A DNA stretch of 63,816 bases, the filler included, from an uncultured Chlamydiae bacterium (lineage in GTDB: Bacteria > Chlamydiota > Chlamydiia > Chlamydiales > SM23-39): the NCBI GenBank assembly GCA_937899275.1. It is 6 parts of 6 records of this genome, joined end to end, with 100 filler letters (N's around TTAATTAATTAA, not from the genome) between each part and the next. Parts side by side here need not be neighbours in the genome. Positions count along the whole stretch, not along the records: positions 35,544 to 61,011 come from CALBPE010000094.1; 5 more parts are not named here. One strand, written 5' to 3'. The translations under genes were made by a program, and so were the position numbers. Shown in pieces: positions 49,475 through 59,838 of the stretch (positions are counted from its first letter, which is position 1; each line of letters begins with the position of its first letter). The notes beneath the pieces are model-generated. The model did not search any database and was not told the DNA's origin. It saw only the letters and a program-made list of their open reading frames with translations.

Positions 49475-50764
49475 TTAAAAAGGATTGCTATCTTGATAGC
49501 TTCCTTCTTTTTGCAGCTCTTCTTCAATTTCTAGAAGGCGGTTATACTTTGCTGTTCTTTCTCCTCGAGAAAGAGATCCTGTTTTGATTTGTCCTGCATT
49601 TGTGGCTACCGCAAAATCTGCAATGAATGTATCAGAAGTTTCTCCAGATCTGTGAGATATCACTGTTTGGTAGTTATGTTTCTTCGCTAAAAGAATGGTA
49701 TCAAGGGTTTCGCTGACGGTGCCTACTTGGTTTAGCTTAATCAAAACTGCGTTTGCTACCTTATCTTCAATCCCTTTTTTTACTATTTTGGCGTTCGTTA
49801 CAAAAATATCATCTCCTACAAGCTGTAGCTTACTGCCGAGCTCTTTTGAAGCGTATTTCCATCCTTTCCAATCGTCTTCCGCAAATCCATCTTCGATAGA
49901 GTCGATAGGAAATGCGTCCATGAGTTCTCTGAAGTAGGCGCACATTTCCTGGGCCGATTTTTTTGTATAGGACTGATTGCGCACTTTCTTTTTCTTTTCG
50001 ATGTACATGCCGTTTTCGTAAAATTCATTTGCAGCAGCATCTAATGCAAGACGAATTTGCTCTCCTGGTTTGTAGCCCGCCTCTTTTACCGCTTCAACAA
50101 TACATCCCAGGGTATCTTCTGGTGTATGGATACCTGGGGCAAACCCCCCTTCATCGCCTACATTGGTTGATAAGCCCTTTTTTTTGAGCTGTTTTTTTAG
50201 GCAGTGAAAGATTTCTGCACCTGCGCGAAGAGCTTCTTTAAACGAGGAAAAGCCTTTAGGGCGGATCATAAACTCTTGAAAATCGAGTAGATTATCGGCA
50301 TGCGCGCCTCCATTGATGATGTTCATCATAGGACAGGGTAGTGTATAGATTTTTTCGTTAGACAAATAGCGGTAGAGGGGTAGATTTTTGACTTTTGCCC
50401 CTGCTTTTGCTACGGCCATGGAAACACCTAAAATAGCATTTGCCCCCAGTTTTTCTTTCATAGGGGTGCCGTCCAGTTTGATCATAATCTGATCGATCTC
50501 TTTTTGCTGTAAAACAGATTTACCAAGAAGAGCTGTTTTGATAGGGCCCTCTACATGCTTTTTTGCAGTGAGAGTCCCTTTGCCAAAATAGCGTCTTGGG
50601 TCTTTGTCTCTAAGTTCTAATACTTCTTTTGTACCTGTTGACATGCCTGAAGGTACAGATGCCTTGGCGACGATGTGCTTTTCTACTTCTACAAAGACTC
50701 TCAAAGAAGGAACGCCTCGAGAGTCTAGGATTTCTATTGCCCGAATATCTGTGATTTTATCCAT
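49475..50764 (-). CDS. eno: Enolase
   Basis: EILDSRG, VGDEGGFAP, QLVGDD, SHRSGET, GQIKTGS. Confidence 0.98.
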   Translation of the reverse strand: MDKITDIRAIEILDSRGVPSLRVFVEVEKHIVAKASVPSGMSTGTKEVLELRDKDPRRYFGKGTLTAKKHVEGPIKTALLGKSVLQQKEIDQIMIKLDGTPMKEKLGANAILGVSMAVAKAGAKVKNLPLYRYLSNEKIYTLPCPMMNIINGGAHADNLLDFQEFMIRPKGFSSFKEALRAGAEIFHCLKKQLKKKGLSTNVGDEGGFAPGIHTPEDTLGCIVEAVKEAGYKPGEQIRLALDAAANEFYENGMYIEKKKKVRNQSYTKKSAQEMCAYFRELMDAFPIDSIEDGFAEDDWKGWKYASKELGSKLQLVGDDIFVTNAKIVKKGIEDKVANAVLIKLNQVGTVSETLDTILLAKKHNYQTVISHRSGETSDTFIADFAVATNAGQIKTGSLSRGERTAKYNRLLEIEEELQKEGSYQDSNPF

Positions 50765-50836
50765 AATAAAGGTCTCTTTTTCCTCTTTGTAAAGGAAGAA
50801 ATAGATAAAATCAAGAAGAGTAAATAAGGACTTAGA

Positions 50837-51523
50837 TTATTCATACCACCAGAATTCTCCATCGACATGCCATTTGAGATTCTGTTTTTTTGCGTAGTCT
50901 TTCACTGCATGTGATACTCTGCCTAAATTCCAATCATCACCGCACAAAATGCCGCCTTCAGTAAGAAGAGGGTACCAAGATGCAATATCTTGGAAGACTT
51001 CAGCGTATTTATGACCTGCATCGATGTAGATGAGATCTGCTCTAATACCAAGTAGACGAAATTTTCTTGCTGCTGGCAAGCTTTGCATACGCACAGGGAT
51101 GACTTTATCAGCAAGGTCTCTATGGAGCATATTGGATAAAAATTGTTGGAATAAGTTGGGTAAAAGGGTGTACTCAAGAGTTCCTGGATTGTGATGCTCC
51201 TGGGATCCTTTCCAGTGATCGATAGCGTAGTATACCCCTGTTTCTGGAAGTTTTGGAGCCACAACAGCGGTCCAATTGCCTAGCCAGACACCTACTTCGA
51301 TTACGGTTTGGATATTTTTTCGAGAAAAAAGGTCTTCTACTTGCCGCTTGTGCGTATGCCAGCCGTGGAACTTTTCGGGCAGCACTTCAATGGACTCGTA
51401 AACGTCTGGATAAGCATCAGGGAAGGGGCCAGCTGCTTGGCATACAGAAAAAAGCATGCAGATACAAAAGAAAAGATTGTGAAAAAAATACATAGGTAAA
51501 ACTCCATACATAAAAAGAAGCAT
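50837..51523 (-). CDS. Class I SAM-dependent methyltransferase (Methyltransf_24-like) with N-terminal signal/TM
   Basis: IEVGVWLG, AIDHWKGS, DLIYIDAGH, GGILCGDDW. Confidence 0.85.
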   Translation of the reverse strand: MLLFMYGVLPMYFFHNLFFCICMLFSVCQAAGPFPDAYPDVYESIEVLPEKFHGWHTHKRQVEDLFSRKNIQTVIEVGVWLGNWTAVVAPKLPETGVYYAIDHWKGSQEHHNPGTLEYTLLPNLFQQFLSNMLHRDLADKVIPVRMQSLPAARKFRLLGIRADLIYIDAGHKYAEVFQDIASWYPLLTEGGILCGDDWNLGRVSHAVKDYAKKQNLKWHVDGEFWWYE

Positions 51524-51712
51524 TCTGAAAAAAGAGCGCTTTTTGTTAAAAAAAAATTTTAATAAAAGCTATAGAATACCCCATTTTTTTACAATAAATT
51601 TTTTATTTAGTTTTTAAATAAAAAGATTAGGCTGAAAAGTATCTTAATTTCCTTGTTTTTTTTATTTAATTTTAATTACTATTTTAGATAAATTTAGATG
51701 AGGTAGAATTAT

Positions 51713-52183
51713 ATGAGTATAGCACAAAACATCGATCTTCTATCTTTTTGCCCGTCTATATCTTTAGATCTTATCCCACCTACTTCATTTAAAGAATTGC
51801 AATCTCGGATATCTTGTATCGCTTTAGAATCTCTTTTTTATTTTGTGGCTGCTCTTAGCTCTACATTTGCCACAGTTACTGCACTAGGTTCTGCAGGTCC
51901 GGTTATTGGGGCTGTTATAGGCGTCTGTGGTCTGATTTCGACGTTGTTTTGTCTTATCATGTCTATGCAGCTTTGCAACCTGTATTTAGTGGGTAAATCC
52001 TATTCTTCTAAATTAGAATCTAATGTCAGTGGCGTAGATCAAGCTATCGAAAAATATACGGGGCTTCCTAGAATCGCATCGATTTTTACAAACTACCTTG
52101 CCGAAAACATACCGTTCAAATGGCCCGATATAAGAAAAGAGCTGTTTCAATTGATGAAGAATCCGCAAGAAGCAAACCTCTGA
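51713..52183 (+). CDS. Inc-like hypothetical protein with one bilobed hydrophobic domain
   Basis: Hydrophobic hairpin of about 50 aa (residues ~35-85); GAGG SD; AT-rich flanks. Confidence 0.6.
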   Translation: MSIAQNIDLLSFCPSISLDLIPPTSFKELQSRISCIALESLFYFVAALSSTFATVTALGSAGPVIGAVIGVCGLISTLFCLIMSMQLCNLYLVGKSYSSKLESNVSGVDQAIEKYTGLPRIASIFTNYLAENIPFKWPDIRKELFQLMKNPQEANL

Positions 52184-52425
52184 GAATTATTGAGTACCTT
52201 TGCTCTTAATTCTTTAGGAAAACTTTATCATCGCATCATTTTGCAGTTTAACAATTAACCCAGGTCTTTTTGCTTAAAAAGATTGCATAGAGATTGCTTT
52301 CAAAGCGGCACCTGCAAAAAATTTAGATATGTTATGAAAAAGGTGAAAGAATTCTATTTTGCTATACGTAAAATTGGTTTAATCAAAATAGATTTGTAAA
52401 GAAGTTGTAATAAAAACTTCCTAGG

Positions 52426-53487
52426 TTAAAAAGAAGTAGGCTCTTCTGCTTCAAGAAGAAGTTTTTGGTAAGAGTCGTATAGCATGTAGGGAATACTTCC
52501 TTCTTCGACTTTTCTTTTCACAGCGCAGCCGGGCTCATGGATATGCTTGCAATTGGCGTATTTGCAAAAAGGCGCTTCTTGTTGGATTTTGCTGAAACGG
52601 GAAAACACATCTTCTTTTTGTAAATCCCATAATCCAAATCGTCTAATGCCTGGAGTGTCGATGCAAAACCCCTTATCTCCTATTGGAATTAACGAGGCTT
52701 TTGTTGTGGTATGTCTGCCTTTGTATTCTAAAGAGCCTACGGGTAGGTGTAGATCTAATACAGTATTGATCAAGCTGGATTTTCCCACTCCAGACTGCCC
52801 AGAAAACACAGAGGTTCTCGTTTGCATCAGACGCTTTAGTTCATCGATTCCTTGTTTTGTATGACAACTGACAGGCAAAATACAAAGGTCGCTGTAAGCA
52901 TCTAAAAATTCGGAAAAAAACTGCTTTTCTTCTGAGTTATTTTCTAATAGGTCGATTTTATTGATCACAACAATAGGCTCCATACCGCCTTTTTTTGCTG
53001 CGATCACATACCGATCGATAAGAGGCGGTTTGAGCGGAGGGAGGTGGACCGATCCGGTGATGAATACGGTATCTACATTTGCTGCAATTAGCTGTTTTTT
53101 TCTTCCAGAAATATCAATTCTTTCGAGTTTTGAAGAGCGCGTTTCCACATCAATAATTTGCCCCTCTGCAGAGGAGATAGGCTGCATGTAGACCCAGTCA
53201 CCTGTTGCTACAATTTGTTTTTTTCTCGAGATCTCTTTTTTTAACGCTCCTTTAATCGAGCAGAAAAAACGGGTTTTTTTTGACCATACCTCGATCCCTT
53301 TGCCTGTAACTGAAATCACCCGTCCTCTGAGAAGGTTTTCTTTAGATACCGTTTTGTTGAGGTGTTTTTCTGCATCGGTCTTTTTGTATTTGGATCTGTC
53401 TTTTGCTTGAAAGATTTTCCGCTCTTTTTTTCCTTCTTTATGGTGTTTTTTGTGGAAATCTTCTTCGTAGTCCCATTCTTTTGTCAT
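52426..53487 (-). CDS. rsgA: Ribosome small subunit-dependent GTPase A
   Basis: NKIDL, GQSGVGKSS, GRHTTT, DTPG, C-x4-C-x-H-x-EPGC. Confidence 0.96.
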   Translation of the reverse strand: MTKEWDYEEDFHKKHHKEGKKERKIFQAKDRSKYKKTDAEKHLNKTVSKENLLRGRVISVTGKGIEVWSKKTRFFCSIKGALKKEISRKKQIVATGDWVYMQPISSAEGQIIDVETRSSKLERIDISGRKKQLIAANVDTVFITGSVHLPPLKPPLIDRYVIAAKKGGMEPIVVINKIDLLENNSEEKQFFSEFLDAYSDLCILPVSCHTKQGIDELKRLMQTRTSVFSGQSGVGKSSLINTVLDLHLPVGSLEYKGRHTTTKASLIPIGDKGFCIDTPGIRRFGLWDLQKEDVFSRFSKIQQEAPFCKYANCKHIHEPGCAVKRKVEEGSIPYMLYDSYQKLLLEAEEPTSF

Positions 53488-54230
53488 AACGCTCTCAAAA
53501 GGTAAAGTAAGATGCTGCCAGCTGCAGCTACATTATAGGACTCGATCGATGCATGCATCGGGATGGATAGTCTTTTTGATCGGTTAATAAAACAAGATGA
53601 GGGCCCTTTACCCTCAGAGCTGACGATCAGAGCGTAGCGCTCTGTTTTTTTCCAGGTTGCTGGATCCTTTCCCTTAGTATCTGCAAGGTAGGATGCGACA
53701 TTTTTTTGCTCCAATAGCTGAGCGATCTCCTCTTTTTCCTTACAAAAATGGGGGATATGAAAAGCGGCTCCTCGCGATGCGCTTAACGCTTTTTCCCCAA
53801 AAGGATCAGCTGTTTGCGGAGTATATAAAACCGTATTCCAAAAAAGGCCTAAAGCAGAACGAAATAACGTACCTACATTACCCGGATCTTGTATGTCGTC
53901 TAAAATCAGTAGAGGAAAGTCTATTTTTGATTGCATCTTAGGCAAGGGAAAAATGGCCGCAACGCCGTCGGGATGGCAAACGCCGCTGATTTTTTTTAGG
54001 ATGGAAAAAGATACATGATATATAGCTTTTGGGCTGTTGAGGTAAGAGAGATCTACATCCTCCCCGCAAAAAAGGACATCTGCAGCCGCATGGGAAGAAA
54101 GATCTTGGACCATTTTTTTTCCTATGACGAGCACTTGTTGTTTTTTTAGCCGCTCTTGTTTGTTTTTTCTCAGTAAAACGGCATCTTTTACAAGCTTATG
54201 TTGCAGGCTCTGAATCGGTTTTGGTAGCAT
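53484..54230 (-). CDS. TrmH/SpoU family RNA methyltransferase
   Basis: LDDIQDPGNVGTLFRSA, SEGKG, IPM..SIESYNVAAAG. Confidence 0.92.
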   Translation of the reverse strand: MLPKPIQSLQHKLVKDAVLLRKNKQERLKKQQVLVIGKKMVQDLSSHAAADVLFCGEDVDLSYLNSPKAIYHVSFSILKKISGVCHPDGVAAIFPLPKMQSKIDFPLLILDDIQDPGNVGTLFRSALGLFWNTVLYTPQTADPFGEKALSASRGAAFHIPHFCKEKEEIAQLLEQKNVASYLADTKGKDPATWKKTERYALIVSSEGKGPSSCFINRSKRLSIPMHASIESYNVAAAGSILLYLLRAL

Positions 54231-54265
54231 GAAATTAACCCTTCAAAAGGTAAATTATAAGACAT

Positions 54266-56107
54266 ATGGGAGAAAAGCCAACAAAAAAAGGAATTGCCGC
54301 CTCACTTGCCATGCGAATTTTTTTCGTAAACATCGTCATTTTAGTGCTGCCCTTACTGATTCATAGTATTATATCATACCGCCACGAATACCGTATTCGT
54401 ATGCGAGATGCATTTCATTCTCTTAGAATTATCGGATTCAACCGGCAAAAACTCATCGAGGATCTTTTTCACTACCAAGAAACTGTACTTGCGGTTGTAG
54501 AAAAAGAGGTGGGCGGTTGGGATAGTGGAGTAGGCGCCTTCTCTTTTCGGGAAAAACAGGCTTATCTAGAGTCGGTTACAGAAAAAGTGGGCGAGCAGAA
54601 TCTATTTTATATTACGCAAAATCCTAAAGGGCAGCTGCAATGCGAGGCGTATGCTAAAAGCTGTGAGATTGACTCGGCTAGGCTAGAGGGATATTGGGGA
54701 AAAAATCGCTTTTACTATACAAGATTTATCCCATTTCAAGGAAAAGCCCTTTTTTATGTAGGGATCACTATATGGGACTCTTCTCGTACACATCCTAAGG
54801 GGTTATTGATCATTTCTAATACAGCAGAAAAACTTGTTAGAGGATTTGCTAAGCTCGATGTCAACTCTCCTCTTACCCTTTCTTTTGTGTCGGAAGGCAA
54901 CAAAATCATTGCAAGTTCAAATGCGAAGCTGCAAGGGATGCATATCGATAAGAAAAAATATCAGTGAAATTTGATTTCTCTTCGCGCTATTTCAGGAATA
55001 GAAGATGGATTTATTTTCGGGAAAAATAGGCTTGCTGTGCAGTTTTTTGTACCAGGTATTGATGGGTATATGCTTTTGGATCTTCCCGAGTCTGCAATTA
55101 AAACCCTACATATCCAGGAATATATCTTTCGGATTGTGATGCTGCTTTTTCTTATTGTCATTGTAGGTGGTAGCGTATCGATTTTATGCACCATACGGAT
55201 GGCAAAACCGATGATGCATCTTGTAGAAGTCATGCAAGATGTGCGTAAAGGGATGGTGCAGGCGCGGTTTACTCCAGATGCCCTTGGTTTTGAAATCAAT
55301 ACGTTAGGGCAAGGTTTCAATAGGATGGTAGATTCACTTTTATCTGCGCAAAAACGGGTAGAAGAAGAAAGAGTACAAAAAGAAATCTACGCGCAAGAAC
55401 TGCATTTCGGCCATACCATCCAAGAAAGCTTACTGCGCTATCAGCAGGAAGATATGCCGTTTTTAGTAGAGACGAGGTACCTTGCTGCAAAAGAAGTGGG
55501 AGGAGATTTTTACGATCTTTTCCGTATAAACCCCTCTTCTGTTTTCATTGCGATTGCCGATGTTGCGGGTAAGGGAGTATCTGCTTGTCTTTACTCATTG
55601 GGGCTAAGAAGCGCTCTTCGCTCAGCCATTCAATCAAGCCCTCTTGCAGAAGCCCTGGCTAAAACCAACCAGTTGTTTTATTTAGATGCCCATGAAAGCA
55701 GCATGTTTGCAAGCATTTGGTCTGCTACTTATGATGAAACAAGCCGGCAGCTCACCTACGTCAATGCAGGTCATTGGCCTGCTTACCTAAAAAAAAGGAC
55801 AGGCGCTCTTCATGTTTTGGATACGGATGAAGGGTCTATAGGTATAGAAAACTCTTTATCGATTCAGCCTAAAACTTGCCTGTTAGAAAAAGGAGATCTC
55901 CTTTTGCTGTATTCAGATGGCGTTGTAGAGATGCAAAACGCTCATGGAGAGTATTACGGCGCAAAAAGGCTGCAGTATTTATTGGAAAATACGGGAGATA
56001 TACACCCGCAAAAAATTGTGGAAATAATCGAGAAGGATTTTGCGGTTTTTTCAGGGGGAGACAAACCCCAAGACGACATCACTCTTCTAGCTTTGCAGAT
56101 TCGTTAA
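54266..56107 (+). pseudogene. rsbU: RsbU-like sensor phosphatase (TM-periplasmic-TM-HAMP-PP2C) split by an in-frame TGA at 54965-54967
   Basis: ORFs 54266-54967 and 54971-56107 are in the same frame; PP2C motifs EVGGDFYD, IADVAGKG, NAGH, YSDGVVE, QDDIT are intact. Confidence 0.8.
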
Positions 56108-57290
56108 GGTGATTCCATAGTGTATCGGGATCGGTAATGCCTTGATTTACCGAGAGGATCTCCGCCTTTTTGAGAAGATCTCCTAAGGTTTTGCCTGCAG
56201 TTATTCCTTTATTCATCAGGTAGGATGCATTTAGCACAGGCGTTTTGTTTTGGAGCCGTTTAATAAAGGGAAAAAGCTCCTTTTTTCTAGCTTGATGCGT
56301 ACGCAAAAAAGCTGTTTTTTTCTCAGAAGATTTTTGTAAAGAAGTGAGATGGATGCAGCGATCTGCGTCTGGATGCGCGTAAAAAGATGCCCAAGTATAC
56401 AGATCATCTTTTTCGTTTAAAGCAGCGCTTTTTTGCCAAAAAAGGGCCGATAGCTTTTCTTTTTTCGAGCGTTTTAAGTAGGTGGCATATGCTTCTACAT
56501 CGAGATTTTTTTGTAGGATGCAAAGGTAGATTAATAGAGGAACATCTTGTGGGAATTGTTCGATCTTTATGGTCGCTTTTTCCAAGGCCTTGGCATCGGC
56601 TAGTTGCAGATCGGGAAAAATCTCTTGTAAGAGCTCTAAAGAAAACAGCAGTTGCAGCGCTTTTTTTCTCGTTTGATGTTGGAGCATCTTTTCGAGCTCT
56701 TGCGCAATTCTTTCAATCGCTACAAAGGGAAAAAGCCCTTTTCTAAAAAAATAAATCGCCTTTCTGGTTTCAGGATCTAAAGTAAAGCCGAGCTTACAAG
56801 CAAAGCGGACAGCTCGCAGCATCCGAAGGCGATCTTCTCTGATCCTTTCATAAGGATTTCCAATGGCCCGGATCACTTGTTTTTCGATATCGTTTTTTCC
56901 ACCTACATAATCGATGATGGTTTCTTGCACAGGATCGAAAAACATCCCATTGATTGTAAAGTCTCTTCGGCTAGCGTCTTCTTTTGCGCTGGTGAAGATG
57001 ACGCTAGTAGGTCTTCTTCCATCTTCGTAAGATACGTCTGATCGAAAAGTTGCTACTTCAAAAGGCTTTTCTCCTATTACCACCACAAGAATACCAAACT
57101 GCAGTCCTATCGGGATGGTTTTTTCAAATAGAGTCTGTATTGTTTTTACAGGCGCATCTGTTGCGATATCGATATCATAAGAATCTACACCGAGAAGATG
57201 GTCTCTAACCCATCCTCCTGCAAAGTAGGCGGTAAATCCATTTTCTTGCAGTCGCTGCACAATTTGCAGCGCTTTTAGACGCTCTTCCAT
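56079..57290 (-). CDS. cca: CCA tRNA nucleotidyltransferase / poly(A) polymerase family
   Basis: AGGWVRD, DIDIAT, RRDFTIN, EDRLRMLRAVRF. Confidence 0.88.
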   Translation of the reverse strand: MEERLKALQIVQRLQENGFTAYFAGGWVRDHLLGVDSYDIDIATDAPVKTIQTLFEKTIPIGLQFGILVVVIGEKPFEVATFRSDVSYEDGRRPTSVIFTSAKEDASRRDFTINGMFFDPVQETIIDYVGGKNDIEKQVIRAIGNPYERIREDRLRMLRAVRFACKLGFTLDPETRKAIYFFRKGLFPFVAIERIAQELEKMLQHQTRKKALQLLFSLELLQEIFPDLQLADAKALEKATIKIEQFPQDVPLLIYLCILQKNLDVEAYATYLKRSKKEKLSALFWQKSAALNEKDDLYTWASFYAHPDADRCIHLTSLQKSSEKKTAFLRTHQARKKELFPFIKRLQNKTPVLNASYLMNKGITAGKTLGDLLKKAEILSVNQGITDPDTLWNHLNESAKLEE

Positions 57291-57304
57291 ACTGTTGATC
57301 TTAA

Positions 57305-58090
57305 TTAAAATGCAGTTATTGTTGCAAAAGAGAGCGCATATTCATCAAAAAATCGCCCTTCAATTGTCCCATAAAGCGCTCTTGTAATATTGATGGTAAG
57401 TCCTGTAAAAAGCCCGAGATTTTTCTGATTGATAAATCGAAGAGTAGGCTCTCCAGTAGCAGATACCTTAAGCTTTGACTGCATCCACTTTAAGCCTCCG
57501 TATACAGAAAAAGGTCCAAGGATTTTTACCGCGCTGACAGCTGCCTGCCATTCTTTGAGTTCAAGGTATTGATCGCTTAGCGGAAAAGGGATGTATAAAT
57601 CGCGGATTCTTTTTTCGATTGTTTCTACAGAGGGAATAGAAAAATACTGGGCGTTCACACCGATTTGTAGCGATCCAAATCGGAGTAAAATCACTTTTGT
57701 GCCTAGGCTAAAAGAGAAATGACTTTTTGTCTTTAGATTTTCATCTCCATAGTAGTTGGGTTTATTTTCCCAATCCATTTTTTCTTTAGAAACTCCCAAA
57801 TACGTATAAACAGAAAGGCGTTTTAACAGCGTTAAGATGATTGCGCCCCATTGGGACTCAATTTTAAATTCTTGAGGGGTTTTTAGCGCAGTAGAATCAG
57901 GGAGTGTTTTTGGCCGTATTTTTTTGTCCCAAACGGTATCGTTGATGTATCCCGAAGAAATATGAAATAAGTATTGGCTTGTAAAGCCTCCTTGCAAAAA
58001 AGATGGATCGGCAGGGCTGCCTGTATACGACGCTTGTAAGTAAACAACAGGTAGAAAGTATAAAATAATGAAATAAGAAAAATAACGCAT
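57305..58090 (-). CDS. MOMP/PorB-like outer membrane beta-barrel protein
   Basis: Signal peptide then YTGSPADPS (compare MOMP PVGNPAEPS); EWQAAV; alternating beta-strands; C-terminal Phe. Confidence 0.7.
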   Translation of the reverse strand: MRYFSYFIILYFLPVVYLQASYTGSPADPSFLQGGFTSQYLFHISSGYINDTVWDKKIRPKTLPDSTALKTPQEFKIESQWGAIILTLLKRLSVYTYLGVSKEKMDWENKPNYYGDENLKTKSHFSFSLGTKVILLRFGSLQIGVNAQYFSIPSVETIEKRIRDLYIPFPLSDQYLELKEWQAAVSAVKILGPFSVYGGLKWMQSKLKVSATGEPTLRFINQKNLGLFTGLTINITRALYGTIEGRFFDEYALSFATITAF

Positions 58091-58200
58091 GCAATAAAGA
58101 TAGCAAAATAGCCCATTCTAATTGAAACACTTTTCGAAAAACCGTTAGATCTTTTTGATGAAGCCTCGACTTTTTTGTGTAGAAACGGGAAACTATACCT

Positions 58201-59838
58201 ATGAAGATTCATACACTATCAGAAGAGGTGATCAATACAATTGCTGCTGGAGAAGTGGTACAAAGCCCCGTTTCTGTTGTAAAGGAATTGATCGAAAATA
58301 GCATCGACGCCGGGTCTACAAAAATCACCGTTAGCCTAAATGCAGGTTATGCATACATTTCTGTTGCAGATAACGGATCGGGCGTGCAAGAAATTGAAAA
58401 AGCGCTTCTTCGCCATACCACATCAAAAATCGAAAAGGCAGAAGACCTTCTTTCTTTGACCACTATGGGGTTCCGAGGAGAAGCTCTTTCTTCGATAGCA
58501 GCGGTTTCCATTTGTACTTTGCAAAGCGCTTATGACGCTTCAGGAAAAGCGTCTTCTTTTCGCTTTTCTGCAGGTGTCTTGCAGGAGAAAAGAATGGCCG
58601 CTCGTACTAAAGGAACCACTGTGATTGTAGAGGATCTATTTTTTAATACCCCTGCTCGAAAGGCCTTTCAAAAAACCGCTGCCTACATCCGCTCGCAAAT
58701 TCTTCGACTTATCCATGCATTTAGTTTAGCTTTTCCATCGATTGCTTGGACATTGAGTATCGAGGGGAAAACGGCATTTTCCCATCCTTCTTTAGCGGGC
58801 TACTCAGTAGAAGATCAGCTAAAAAAGTCTGCTAGAAATGTACTGGGAGATCTTTTTGTCACTACGGGAAAATGGATCTCTAAAGAAGTAGCGGGCCTTA
58901 CTATGACCGGGATTTTAGGCTCTTCTCAGATGGCAAAACGCACCAAATTAGGTCAGTACCTTTTTGTCAATTTACGCATGGTCCGCTCTCCATTTCTTTC
59001 AAGCCTTGTAAAAGAGCTTTACAAAACCCGTATCGGAGAAAAAGAGCAGCCAAGCTTTGTGCTCCACTTTTCTTTCGATCCCCATTTAATCGATGTAAAC
59101 ATCCATCCAGAGAAAAAAGAAATTCGGTTTCAAAAAGAGAGTTGGATAAGAAAAACGATTTTTTCGCTATTTGATCCTATCAAAGAAGAAAACCCCACAT
59201 TTTCTCAGCCTCTATCTTTTCAAAAACAGGTTTTTTTTCAAAAAGAACAGGCGCCCCATCCCGAAGAGCCCCTTTTACAAATGCCTTTGGTCGAAGAACC
59301 TACGCCTTCTATCCGCTATTTGAGCCGCGCCGGCTCTTACATCCTTTTTGAAAGAGAAAGGCAGCTTTGGATGATGAACGGAAAAGAAGCATTGTTTCAA
59401 CATATGCTCCATGGTATAACGCAAAAAAATGGGGAAAGGCAAACGCTCATTGCGCCTCATGTGTTTTCTGTAAGCCCAGAGGTGCAAGAGCTCGAAGACT
59501 ACTGGATGCAGCTTTTTCTTTCTTTAGGGATTGAAATGCGCTTTTTGAATAGAGCCGTTTCTATCGACGCTTTGCCCCCTTTTTTGCGCCCCGAAGATGC
59601 AGAAGAGCTATTTCTTTTGTTTATCGAGGGAAAGCCAGAAAAAGAGCGTTTGTATGTAGAGAGGCTTACCCATGGCTACTTAGAAAAAAAGCTCCGCCTA
59701 TTTGCCGCAAAAAAAACTCTTGGTGAAGGAGAGCTGAAAATTCTACTGCATACTTGTAAAATAGAGCCTCCTTATTGCAGGCAGGTAACGGAGAGAGATT
59801 TGAAACGTTTAGATCAAGAGGCATGTATTGCACGCTAA
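58201..59838 (+). CDS. mutL: DNA mismatch repair protein MutL
   Basis: IAAGEVV, KELIENSIDAG, GFRGEAL, DVNIHPEK. Confidence 0.95.
   Translation: MKIHTLSEEVINTIAAGEVVQSPVSVVKELIENSIDAGSTKITVSLNAGYAYISVADNGSGVQEIEKALLRHTTSKIEKAEDLLSLTTMGFRGEALSSIAAVSICTLQSAYDASGKASSFRFSAGVLQEKRMAARTKGTTVIVEDLFFNTPARKAFQKTAAYIRSQILRLIHAFSLAFPSIAWTLSIEGKTAFSHPSLAGYSVEDQLKKSARNVLGDLFVTTGKWISKEVAGLTMTGILGSSQMAKRTKLGQYLFVNLRMVRSPFLSSLVKELYKTRIGEKEQPSFVLHFSFDPHLIDVNIHPEKKEIRFQKESWIRKTIFSLFDPIKEENPTFSQPLSFQKQVFFQKEQAPHPEEPLLQMPLVEEPTPSIRYLSRAGSYILFERERQLWMMNGKEALFQHMLHGITQKNGERQTLIAPHVFSVSPEVQELEDYWMQLFLSLGIEMRFLNRAVSIDALPPFLRPEDAEELFLLFIEGKPEKERLYVERLTHGYLEKKLRLFAAKKTLGEGELKILLHTCKIEPPYCRQVTERDLKRLDQEACIAR

Noticed and set aside
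54965..54967. Alternative genetic code (UGA or UAA reassignment) to explain stops in rsbU and fabI
   Set aside because: Conserved genes (lpxC, fabZ, rplD, rpsQ, rpoA) end at TGA at expected positions, many others end at TAA, and Trp is encoded by TGG.
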